A DNA stretch of 48,824 nt from a virus (IMGVR_UViG_3300026848_000010:1-48824); one strand, 5' to 3'; shown: positions 8,664 through 16,451, numbered from the stretch's first letter. The notes: generated from the letters alone by a model not told the origin. A program made the numbers and translations.

Positions 8664-9623
8664 TCAGTCTTCAACTTCCGTGATTTTTCCGTCTGTCAGC
8701 ATGTACCAGGTGTCCGCTTTCAGTCCGCGTTTCCCGATAATTCCAGTGACGAATTTCAACGGATTGCCATTATCGTCATAGTGAACCAGCGCGATTGGCG
8801 TACCCAATGCCCCCTTGACTTTTGAACCGCGTCCAAGGGAGGCGCTGACGCCGTTATCGCCCATGGTTTGATCACTAGAATTATCCCCGGTGCTGGCGTT
8901 GCGGGCGTCATCCCCGGTGCTGGCGTTGTGGGCGTAATTCCCGGTGCTGGCGTTGTGGGCGTAATTCCCGGTGCTGGCGTTGTGGGCGTAATTCCCGGTG
9001 CTGGCGTTGCGGGCGTCATCCCCGGTGCTGGCGTTGTGGGCGTAATTCCCGGTGCTGGCGTTGTGGGCGCGATACCCGGTGCTGGCGTTGTGGGCGCGAT
9101 ACCCGGTGCTGGCGTTGCGGGCGTAATTCCCGGTGCTGGCGTTGTGGGCGTCATCCCCGGTGCTGGCGTTGTGGGCGTAATTCCCGGTGCTGGCGTTGTG
9201 GGCGTCATCCCCGGTGCTGGCGTTGTGGGCGTAATTCCCGGTGCTGGCGTTGTGGGCGTAATTCCCGGTGCTGGCGTCTTTTTTGCTAATCAGGTCTTTG
9301 AACCAACCAGAGATATGCCAATTGACCGAAACCTTTATGAAATCGCAAAGGCTGAGTTCGGCTTTGATGTTCAGCTTGGAAGAGACGCTTTTCTTGTCGT
9401 CGTTCCTGACATCACCATCCATCTCGACAACAGCGAAACGATTGCCGTTCTCGATAGGGTAAAAATCAAGAACATCGCTCGGATTCTGACAGGCATGGAA
9501 GCCGCTGCCACACATTTCGACCGGGCCATCATGCTCGAACGATTTGCCGACTTCGTACTGAAATCCACGGCATTTCAGGTCTTTGTCAAATCCCTTGTAG
9601 GCAATAATAGGCCCTGTCATCAC
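8664..9623 (-). CDS. DUF7666-like protein with 9-aa tandem repeats
   Basis: AYKGFDKDLKCRGFQYEVGK..GFHAC N-domain; (ASTGxxAxN)x14; LKADTWYML C-terminus. Confidence 0.8.
   Translation of the reverse strand: MMTGPIIAYKGFDKDLKCRGFQYEVGKSFEHDGPVEMCGSGFHACQNPSDVLDFYPIENGNRFAVVEMDGDVRNDDKKSVSSKLNIKAELSLCDFIKVSVNWHISGWFKDLISKKDASTGNYAHNASTGNYAHNASTGDDAHNASTGNYAHNASTGDDAHNASTGNYARNASTGYRAHNASTGYRAHNASTGNYAHNASTGDDARNASTGNYAHNASTGNYAHNASTGNYAHNASTGDDARNASTGDNSSDQTMGDNGVSASLGRGSKVKGALGTPIALVHYDDNGNPLKFVTGIIGKRGLKADTWYMLTDGKITEVED
8885..9276 (-). repeat. 27-bp coding tandem repeat, about 14.5 units
   Basis: Unit GCCAGCACCGGG[AATTAC|GATGAC|TATCGC]GCC[CAC|CGC]AAC. Confidence 0.95.
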
Positions 9624-9684
9624 ACATCCTTTCGATTGAACTGAATCTCATGACTGCATCGGAATCCCGGTGCAGCGGTGAAGT

Positions 9685-10014
9685 TCAGGCAGCCCCACCC
9701 AAAAAATGCGGGCTGGCGATTAGCATCAGGGAATGGCGGTCTGAGTGATCCGTCGGGCGCGGTTCAAAACCTTCGATATCAATGCGGCCGGCGGCGAAAT
9801 CCTTGGTCACATCTGCGTCGATCAGCGCGGCCATCTGCTCGGTCGGCTCAACAGAATCAAAGCAGTTCAGGCGCGTTGACCACAGCGATACCTCCGCATC
9901 CTCGACGACGACATCACCGTTCCGATCAACCGAAACACGGCATGAGTAATCGATATCCGGGATAACCAGATCGTCACGGACAGGGATGTTGATTGTTCCG
10001 GTGTGGTAGGTCAT
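9685..10014 (-). CDS. Hypothetical phage protein
   Basis: 4-bp overlap with upstream gene; GGAGG SD. Confidence 0.65.
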   Translation of the reverse strand: MTYHTGTINIPVRDDLVIPDIDYSCRVSVDRNGDVVVEDAEVSLWSTRLNCFDSVEPTEQMAALIDADVTKDFAAGRIDIEGFEPRPTDHSDRHSLMLIASPHFLGGAA

Positions 10015-10364
10015 GGCTTGACCTCCCGTGCTGCAAGCATGGCGTCTGCCTGCATGAACCGAACACGAGCAATCGCCTTTGCTTCCAGTTCAAGTCTGCG
10101 TGCAATCTTGGCGACTTCGGTTGGCAAACTCATCCATGAAGTGAATTCTATCTCAGTGATGCGTTCATCCCGTTCAAGCGTTGGATGCAAGGCGAATATC
10201 TCCAGCACCGTGTCATCCATGGCCCGAATGCACTTGACCAAACGGTCATCCTCTTGGCAATTGCCAGCAAACCAGTCGCGCAACGACATGCCGGGATCGG
10301 CATACTGAAAATCAGGTTGAACGCTGTTTGGAAAAGCCGGGCCACCATCATTGATCTCGCTCAT
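10011..10364 (-). CDS. Conserved phage protein (GGPAFP/GMSLRDWFA family)
   Basis: NDGGPAFP, GMSLRDWFA, QADAMLAAR motifs. Confidence 0.75.
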   Translation of the reverse strand: MSEINDGGPAFPNSVQPDFQYADPGMSLRDWFAGNCQEDDRLVKCIRAMDDTVLEIFALHPTLERDERITEIEFTSWMSLPTEVAKIARRLELEAKAIARVRFMQADAMLAAREVKP

Positions 10365-10903
10365 GACTTTTCCCCTGTCCCAGAGAACAGCGCACGAGCC
10401 TCTTTCTTCGCCCGCCTGTCACATTGCTCATTGACCCATGACCGTGCATGCCGTCCGCCCTGATGGCCTTTGACATGACGCAGGTATACAACATCGCAAT
10501 GCTTTAAAGCGGCACCGATCCGGTCAATCGGCTCTTTCGCTTCCTGCGGAATTGTTGCCGCCCGTTTGATATCAGCGCCGCCATGTTTGCGGATTGATGC
10601 CCAACTGTTAGGGAGTTCGGCATTCAGCATTTGGAGGGCATGTAGGCTGTCAGACTGCAGGATGATTGACTTGTCCGCTTCGGACATATATTCGCCATCG
10701 ACAAGCTGCTCGATAAACAGCGCCAAGGCCCAAAGTTCAACTATGCTGCTGTCCTTGCTGAACTTCGCAGGACCACCAGCGAGGATGGGATCGCGATCAT
10801 CGCCGCGCGCCCAACCACCCCAACCGGATGCCATTTCATCAACGTAAATGCTGGCGTCGGCAAAAATGGTCAGCGATGGTTTTGAATGTTCAATCGTCCT
10901 CAT
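10361..10903 (-). CDS. RNase HI-like protein
   Basis: IFADAS (D), VELWAL (E), QSDS (D), HVKGH, NEQCDRRAK (D). Confidence 0.85.
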   Translation of the reverse strand: MRTIEHSKPSLTIFADASIYVDEMASGWGGWARGDDRDPILAGGPAKFSKDSSIVELWALALFIEQLVDGEYMSEADKSIILQSDSLHALQMLNAELPNSWASIRKHGGADIKRAATIPQEAKEPIDRIGAALKHCDVVYLRHVKGHQGGRHARSWVNEQCDRRAKKEARALFSGTGEKS

Positions 10904-11487
10904 GACGCACCGCCTTCGGCTTTGGCGATGGCTTCATTCTTGGTATCTTGAATGGATTGGATGTTAACCAAGTAATAGATTGCTGCTTCAATCTCTTCTG
11001 GTGTTAGGTCTTGCTGATTCCGCTCTTTGCGAACATCGCTCACGACCCCAACCCTGAATATTGTGTTTCCATGGCGCGGTCCGAAACCGTAACCATGGTC
11101 TGATCTCTGCCCGTGCCACGCGTCGTAGTGCTTTGTCCCAAAATAGTAATTCCACAAATCACCATAGATAGGTCGAATTGGTTTGCCGGTTGACAGGGAT
11201 TTTATCGCATCATCAATTACTGATTGACGGTCCTTACCTGCCTTATCGTAGCTTCCGTCTACAAAAATAATCGTCTCTGCCAGACCAATTTTGTTGAGGT
11301 CTAGGCCGCGCTCTTCCGCGATAAGAACCTTTGCGCGCTTCGTAATATCGCCAAGAATACGCTTCTCTTCTGATGCTGCTCGCTCACGATGCTCCCTAAG
11401 CTGCACCTTGAGATCGCTCATTTCGCGCGCCGCCTTTGTCAGGGACATTGGGGAATCATTGCTGGCTAGTTCAAGGACTTCTGTCAT
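10900..11487 (-). CDS. Hypothetical protein, first gene of the PL operon
   Basis: Start MTEVLEL after GAGGA, downstream of PL. Confidence 0.7.
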   Translation of the reverse strand: MTEVLELASNDSPMSLTKAAREMSDLKVQLREHRERAASEEKRILGDITKRAKVLIAEERGLDLNKIGLAETIIFVDGSYDKAGKDRQSVIDDAIKSLSTGKPIRPIYGDLWNYYFGTKHYDAWHGQRSDHGYGFGPRHGNTIFRVGVVSDVRKERNQQDLTPEEIEAAIYYLVNIQSIQDTKNEAIAKAEGGAS

Positions 11488-11555
11488 CACATCCTCACAT
11501 TTTGCAGAACCGTCCGGTTTGTGGTGTTGGGCCGGTTCTCGTGTTTGGTGTGAGA

Positions 11556-11598
11556 ATACTAATTTTATTTGTGGCACACGTCAACAAGAAAAATTAGT
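11556..11598 (-). promoter_or_regulatory. PL promoter with two CI operators
   Basis: TTGACG-17-TAGTAT; operators ACTA-N7-TTGT (11558-11572) and ACAA-N7-TAGT (11584-11598). Confidence 0.75.
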
Positions 11599-11876
11599 AA
11601 TTTAGTATGTGGTTCAATTTAAAAGATTTTCAGCGAATCTGGAGCGGGAAGGAGAGGGGCTGCGGCGTTGAAACACACCCTAACGGGTAGTTGTTTTTAT
11701 CATGATCAACTATCAATATACTAATGTACCGCCGCAAAAGGCGGGAAGGCTTTCGCCGCGAGCTGGACCCTCGCACCATGTCAATTCACGGTATCCCGCC
11801 GACCACGCGTGGTCTGGCAGAATACTTAATACGGGGCTATGCATTGGTATAGTCCCCATATGGGGAGGGTCAACTA

Positions 11877-12131
11877 ATGCGATTTGGGGATCTGTTATTT
11901 GATCGGGCAATAGTGTGCGCAAACGACGCGCTTGACGGGCGCTATCGTGCAGGGGAAACGCTGCTTTTGGTTTATGGTTTATCGGAAAAGTATCGATATG
12001 CCGCTGTTTTGGGGGCCGACGGCAGCCAGTGGATCGGCCTTAGTGCCGAAGCGATGGAAATAACCGGGGAAAGGTATTCGATAATTGCCTGTTGCTACAG
12101 CGCTCTTTGTCCGACGATCTTATACAGGTGA
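11877..12131 (+). CDS. Small protein resembling an inactive S24/CI C-terminal domain, convergent on cI
   Basis: SD GGGGAGG, TGGTATAGT extended -10 at 11845-11853; AIVCANDALDGRYRAGETLLL aligns to CI AVFMIGESMSPRFDHGEMLWI. Confidence 0.55.
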   Translation: MRFGDLLFDRAIVCANDALDGRYRAGETLLLVYGLSEKYRYAAVLGADGSQWIGLSAEAMEITGERYSIIACCYSALCPTILYR

Positions 12132-12784
12132 CGGATATCTTCACGTTTCACGCTGGATTCGGTTTCGTCATTCCTGGCCAATAGCTCGATAGCATCAGAT
12201 TTGATCGCTAAAAGTTGGCGGGGGATGGCGAAGCTGTTTTGATCGACCACCAGAACATAGTCACCGATCTGTGGTGGCTGAACGGGATCAATCCAAAGCA
12301 TTTCACCATGATCAAATCGCGGCGACATGGATTCGCCAATCATGAACACAGCGAACCCGCGATTGTTGCCGATCAGCATTGGCGGGCGACCTGTGAAGGA
12401 TTGAGGGGTCTCTGTATCCAGTGTTATGCCATCCATCCCGGCCGGCGTTCCGTAAACAGGCAGGTCGTTTATGGATGCGGCAAGCAGGTCATCGCGCGCC
12501 ACCGGCTTTGCGGGGTATGCTGCAAAAAGTTCCGATTGGGCCACGGTTCGGGGGCGCGTCATTTCTTCTGGGGCGCTGTCTCCGCCTTGTGATCCGTAAC
12601 GCAGCCATGCCTCGTTTACGCCAAGGGCCTTTGCAATCTTGCCAAGGTTGCGCGGGTTTTTCGTCGTGCCGTTTGCGATGAAGTTAATAGCCTGTTGGCT
12701 CGCGCCGACCATTTCAGCCAATCGCGATTCTGATATGCCCCGATCTTTGAGGGCGTTTTTCAAGCGTTCACCTAGCGTTTTCAT
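12095..12784 (-). CDS. cI: CI-like repressor (XRE HTH plus S24 domain)
   Basis: TLGERLKNAL..LAEMVGASQQAIN HTH; PAG site; GESM serine motif; divergent from cro; no SD, possibly leaderless. Confidence 0.92.
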   Translation of the reverse strand: MKTLGERLKNALKDRGISESRLAEMVGASQQAINFIANGTTKNPRNLGKIAKALGVNEAWLRYGSQGGDSAPEEMTRPRTVAQSELFAAYPAKPVARDDLLAASINDLPVYGTPAGMDGITLDTETPQSFTGRPPMLIGNNRGFAVFMIGESMSPRFDHGEMLWIDPVQPPQIGDYVLVVDQNSFAIPRQLLAIKSDAIELLARNDETESSVKREDIRHLYKIVGQRAL

Positions 12785-12821
12785 GGCTTTTTGTATGCCA
12801 CAACAAGGGTCGGTGGTATCG

Positions 12822-12890
12822 ACAAGATTTTCTGGTTGACTGATACTAACAAAATTAGTAATCATATTTGTATCAACTAGGAGATTTGGT
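12822..12890 (+). promoter_or_regulatory. PR/OR region with three operators
   Basis: ACAA-N7-TGGT 12822-12836, ACTA-N7-TAGT 12845-12859, ACTA-N7-TGGT 12876-12890; TTGACT at 12836; same 15-bp pattern as OL. Confidence 0.75.
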
Positions 12891-12892
12891 TC

Positions 12893-13123
12893 ATGGCGTT
12901 TCATACCGAAGGGCTCCAGCAGGCGATTGAGATTGCCGGGTCGCAGGAAAAGCTTGGTGAGCTTGTTGGGAAGTCCCAGCAAACCATCAGTTTTCACCTC
13001 CGTGCTGACGAGTTGCCGTTTCGGCTGGCCCGTAAAATCCAAGAAAAAACTGGTGTTCCCTTATCAAAGCTAATCCCCGGCATTGCTGAGGTTGACGAGC
13101 TGACAGGGTCGAACGCCGCCTAA
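12893..13123 (+). CDS. cro: Cro-like repressor
   Basis: AIEIAGSQEKLGELVGKSQQTIS HTH; divergent from cI. Confidence 0.88.
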   Translation: MAFHTEGLQQAIEIAGSQEKLGELVGKSQQTISFHLRADELPFRLARKIQEKTGVPLSKLIPGIAEVDELTGSNAA

Positions 13124-13174
13124 GAATTCCCGGCGCAATGCACAACCGCCGGGCGTCCGCCAGCCGTCGGTTAA

Positions 13175-13261
13175 CGGTTAGCTATCTGGAACCCTGCCTG
13201 ATAGCGCGATGACCTCCCTGAAACTTGCCCCGGTGGGCGACCAAACCCACCGGGGACTTTT
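13175..13261 (+). ncRNA. suhB/alpha-r8-like small RNA or tR1 terminator element
   Basis: Hairpin GCTATC..GATAGC, then CCTCCCTGAAACTTG, then CCCCGGTGGG..CCCACCGGGG-ACTTTT. Confidence 0.5.
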
Positions 13262-13351
13262 CGGAGCGGAGAAGTCCGGGGAGCAACCGGACGAACAGAC
13301 CATAACCGACTGACGGAACAACGTCTTTTACAATCGGAGCGAGATTTTCCA

Positions 13352-13870
13352 ATGACAAAGCCACGCCAGCCCAACAGTGAATACAGCGCCGCCTCGTTTT
13401 GTGTTGGTGTGCTGTCATCGGATGAAATCCTTGCCGCAACTGGCAAAAGCGTTTCGATGCTGCGCCGGGCCAGCGATCCCGATGATCCCGCCGTTGAAAT
13501 CCGGCTGCGTGATGCGGTTGATCTTGATGTGGCGCTGGTGGTTGCCGGACATGATCCGAAGTTCTTTGATGCCTATCGCAACATGCTTGAAAGCCGGGTT
13601 GTTCTCAATGCCGGGCATGAAGTCGGCAATCTTCTGGAACGCGTCGCGGATTCCGTATCGGGCCTTGGCCGTCTCAGTGACGAAATTCGCGCCGCACTGG
13701 ACCCGCAAGGTCCGGGTGGTGCGCAGGTTATTCCCCATGAATGCGATCTGGTCAGCCGCGCCATTAGCGAGGCGATGGAAGGCCTTGAACTGATGCAGCG
13801 TGACGTCGATGCGCTGCGTGAACAGTCAAAAACCAACATCCACACCCTCAACAAGAAGGAAGCGAGCTGA
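13352..13870 (+). CDS. CII-like regulatory protein
   Basis: Position after cro; HTH-like ATGKSVSMLRRASDPD and helical C-terminus. Confidence 0.6.
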   Translation: MTKPRQPNSEYSAASFCVGVLSSDEILAATGKSVSMLRRASDPDDPAVEIRLRDAVDLDVALVVAGHDPKFFDAYRNMLESRVVLNAGHEVGNLLERVADSVSGLGRLSDEIRAALDPQGPGGAQVIPHECDLVSRAISEAMEGLELMQRDVDALREQSKTNIHTLNKKEAS

Positions 13871-14175
13871 TGGGATACCCAGTGTATCTGAAATACCCAC
13901 TCACCGAAAAGCTGGTTGATGAGATCAGCGACGAATTGAGCAGGGCCCTTTCCAAGTTTCCGACATGGCCGACTGATCCACTGCATGCAGTTTCCGTGCT
14001 TGGTGAAGAATACGGTGAATTGCAGCAGGCGATTCTTCAATCGGTTTACGAGCCGGGAAAGAAAACACCTGATGACGTTCGAAATGAAGCAATTCAGACC
14101 GCAGCAATGGCGATCCGCTTTGCCATCAGTCTTGGCGATTACGAATACAAACAAAGCCCGCAGCACAAACAGTAA
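13870..14175 (+). CDS. MazG-like NTP pyrophosphohydrolase
   Basis: LGEEYGELQQAIL..VRNEAIQTAAMAIRF. Confidence 0.7.
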   Translation: MGYPVYLKYPLTEKLVDEISDELSRALSKFPTWPTDPLHAVSVLGEEYGELQQAILQSVYEPGKKTPDDVRNEAIQTAAMAIRFAISLGDYEYKQSPQHKQ

Positions 14176-14325
14176 CCCCAAAACAGGAGGTCGCTATGTC
14201 GATCAACGACCCTCCGGACCACGCAAACCGCCATCACCACCGGCCTATGGGGCCGACCCGGTGATCAAGTCCCCCACAGCAAGCCCCTTACCCCTGCGTG
14301 AAGCCGGGGTGGGGCGTTTGGGGTA

Positions 14326-14489
14326 GGTGCGGCGGCGTGGAAATCGCAGACACGCAAAACAAGAAATACGCCGGAGATAGGTGCCGGGGAAGGAAATCCG
14401 TTGCATTGGGGCTTCTTGGTTCGTGCCTCGTGTAGTGACAGATGGGATCCGTTGCCCATTGCGCCGGAAGTAGCGACCGGCCCGCACCA
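14326..14489 (+). ncRNA. tRNA-like structured RNA with a large central insert
   Basis: Acceptor GGTGCGG/CCGCACC-A; D-like arm GCGTG..CACGC; T-like arm GCCGG..CCGGC. Confidence 0.6.
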
Positions 14490-14593
14490 CCCGCCGAGTT
14501 TGGCGGGCAACGAGCAAACCAACCCCGTCACCGGCTTGAAGGCTGGTGCGGGGTTAAGGGGTCGAGCGGCTCAACGCTCAAACACCCCACCCA

Positions 14594-14633
14594 GCCGGGG
14601 ACGGTTCCCCCTTACGTCCCCGGCAGCTTTTTA
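14594..14633 (+). terminator. Rho-independent terminator
   Basis: GCCGGGGACG..CGTCCCCGGC followed by AGCTTTTT. Confidence 0.6.
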
Positions 14634-14647
14634 ATGTTGAGGCACGC

Positions 14648-14998
14648 ATGAAACGTCGAAACCCGGAAGAGATAATACACAGGGCGATTGCCGATTATCT
14701 CATGCTGTGCCTGCCAAGGAATCTGGTGTGGTTTCACGTGCCGAATGGGGGCGCACGATCAAAAGCCGAAGCCGGAATATTCAAGGCTCTTGGTGTGAAG
14801 GCAGGTACGCCCGATCTGGTGTTCATCCTGCCCGGTGGTCGCGCCGCCTTTGCCGAGATCAAAGGACCGAATGGCCGTCTTTCACCATCGCAAAAAGCCT
14901 TCAAAGAGGATGTCGAGGAACTCGGCTGTTCTTGGGTTGAAGTCAAATCAATCGATGACATGAAGGCGGCGCTTCAAAGCTGGGGAGTACTGAAATGA
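14648..14998 (+). CDS. VRR-NUC domain nuclease
   Basis: WFHVPNGGAR, GVKAGTPDL, FAEIKG..GRLSPSQ. Confidence 0.9.
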   Translation: MKRRNPEEIIHRAIADYLMLCLPRNLVWFHVPNGGARSKAEAGIFKALGVKAGTPDLVFILPGGRAAFAEIKGPNGRLSPSQKAFKEDVEELGCSWVEVKSIDDMKAALQSWGVLK

Positions 14999-15204
14999 CC
15001 CTCGACCCAATCGAAGAAATCGAACTCGAACGCAGCCTGCAACGTGAGTGGGTGCGTTTGGCCAAACTCAGCGGTGACACGCAGAAGATTGCCGATGAAC
15101 GCGCCAAGATGCGGCTGGTGACTCTTGCGGCACTTCGGGCCGAGGTTGCGGCTGGTCGTGTCGGCAAAGCCGATCCTGAATATGTGAATGCGGGGAGGGT
15201 GTGA
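14995..15204 (+). CDS. Hypothetical phage protein
   Basis: Translationally coupled to neighbours. Confidence 0.6.
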   Translation: MTLDPIEEIELERSLQREWVRLAKLSGDTQKIADERAKMRLVTLAALRAEVAAGRVGKADPEYVNAGRV

Positions 15205-15374
15205 TGGAACGTGTTGCATTGCTTGAAATCTATCTGACCAAGGAACAGCAGAAGCAGGTCAAACGCATGATCAGCAATGTTCCGGGTCGCGGAAGTTATC
15301 GCAGTGTCTGCCAGTCGATTATTGACGAGGTGTTGCGTGACGACGCCATCGAACATGGTGAGGCCGGGAAATGA
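15204..15374 (+). CDS. Small hypothetical protein (56 aa, not in ORF track)
   Basis: MERVALLEIYLTKEQQ..HGEAGK; GGGGAGG SD; fills the gap with TGATG and ATGA overlaps. Confidence 0.6.
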   Translation: MERVALLEIYLTKEQQKQVKRMISNVPGRGSYRSVCQSIIDEVLRDDAIEHGEAGK

Positions 15375-15730
15375 CACCGGCGCAGGTCGATGAGTTCGTC
15401 AATGACATGATCACATCCGGGCGCTTCCGGACGCAGGGAGATATTGCCAAGTGCCTCGGCATATCACGGCAATACCTGATCAAGATCAAGCGCAGGGGCG
15501 CAGACAGGAAAATGTCCCTGGCGATCATGCAGATTTCCAGCGGGCAGGATGTCGACTTCACCAAGCTTAAGCCCGTTCCAGTTCGGCGGGACTATCTGAA
15601 AATGCCCAGTGATCAGAAATCCGACAACCTGATCGGACGAGCCGCGACACCAGAAGAGGCAGCAGCATTCCGGAAGCGTGTGCGCGACCGCGAAATGGGC
15701 CGCATCAGTCAGATGAGGGCTGCGGAGTGA
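15371..15730 (+). CDS. HTH DNA-binding protein
   Basis: TQGDIAKCLGISRQYLIKIK. Confidence 0.7.
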   Translation: MTPAQVDEFVNDMITSGRFRTQGDIAKCLGISRQYLIKIKRRGADRKMSLAIMQISSGQDVDFTKLKPVPVRRDYLKMPSDQKSDNLIGRAATPEEAAAFRKRVRDREMGRISQMRAAE

Positions 15731-16200
15731 TCATGTCAATCCTGAAGATAAAACCCCAGTCGTTGGAGGCCGGTATGCGCAACAAGCCATGGACCCAGGA
15801 GCAGGTAAATAATCTTCGGTCGTCGTTCAGCGAATTGACCCGGAACGGCCATACAACGCAAGAGGCGATAGAGGTCATTTCCAAGCGCACGGACAGATCT
15901 GTGCAGTCTGTTCGCTTTGCCGTTTACACGTATATCGATGACCGTCCTGTTGAACCCAAAAAGGCAGGGCCTGGGCGACCGTTGAAGACAGCGGTCAACA
16001 CGGATCCGGTTCCGCCGGTCGCCATGATCGATGGTATCGAGGTAACTGACTTCGGATCATTCGATGTCTGGAAGAAAGCCGTCGAAAAACTGCGTGAAAA
16101 AGGCCGGAAAGCGACCATTAAAGACGGTTGCTGCTATCTCGACGGCAAGACCGTTAGCCTGATGGTGTTCTGTCAGGAAGCCGGATTGGAGCTTTCCTGA
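15727..16200 (+). CDS. Hypothetical protein
   Basis: Coupled ORF; KPWTQEQ..L N-terminal helical motif. Confidence 0.6.
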   Translation: MIMSILKIKPQSLEAGMRNKPWTQEQVNNLRSSFSELTRNGHTTQEAIEVISKRTDRSVQSVRFAVYTYIDDRPVEPKKAGPGRPLKTAVNTDPVPPVAMIDGIEVTDFGSFDVWKKAVEKLREKGRKATIKDGCCYLDGKTVSLMVFCQEAGLELS

Positions 16201-16451
16201 TGATCAGCCCGATCCACGAAATCAAGCTTGAGAACTGGTCAAGTTCCGATCCAGCCGTTCGTGCCCTGATGGCCGAAACCAAGCGGCGTGACATGTCAAT
16301 TACCGGCATGGCCTCATTGGCAGGAATACACCACAGAACGCCCTACGCGTGGCGCAGGAAAGATCCCGGTATCAGCAACCTTCGGGCCGCGCTAAACGCC
16401 GTTGGCCTCGACCTTGCCGTGGTGCCATTGCAGCGTGAGGCGGCGGAATAA
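16200..16451 (+). CDS. Small HTH protein
   Basis: MSITGMASLAGIHHRTPYAWRRKDPGISNLRAALNAVGL. Confidence 0.7.
   Translation: MISPIHEIKLENWSSSDPAVRALMAETKRRDMSITGMASLAGIHHRTPYAWRRKDPGISNLRAALNAVGLDLAVVPLQREAAE

Noticed and set aside
8885-9276. Possible CRISPR array
   Set aside because: Units are contiguous in-frame 27-mers with no unique spacers, and there are no cas genes.
8756-9644. Alternative-frame ORFs (PTTPAPGIT)n and (VIPGAGVVG)n
   Set aside because: By-products of a stop-free repeat; only 8664..9623 has recognisable flanking domains and an SD.
12785-13042. Long N-terminal extension of cI in the ORF track
   Set aside because: It overlaps cro and the operators; the HTH begins at MKTLGERL (12784).
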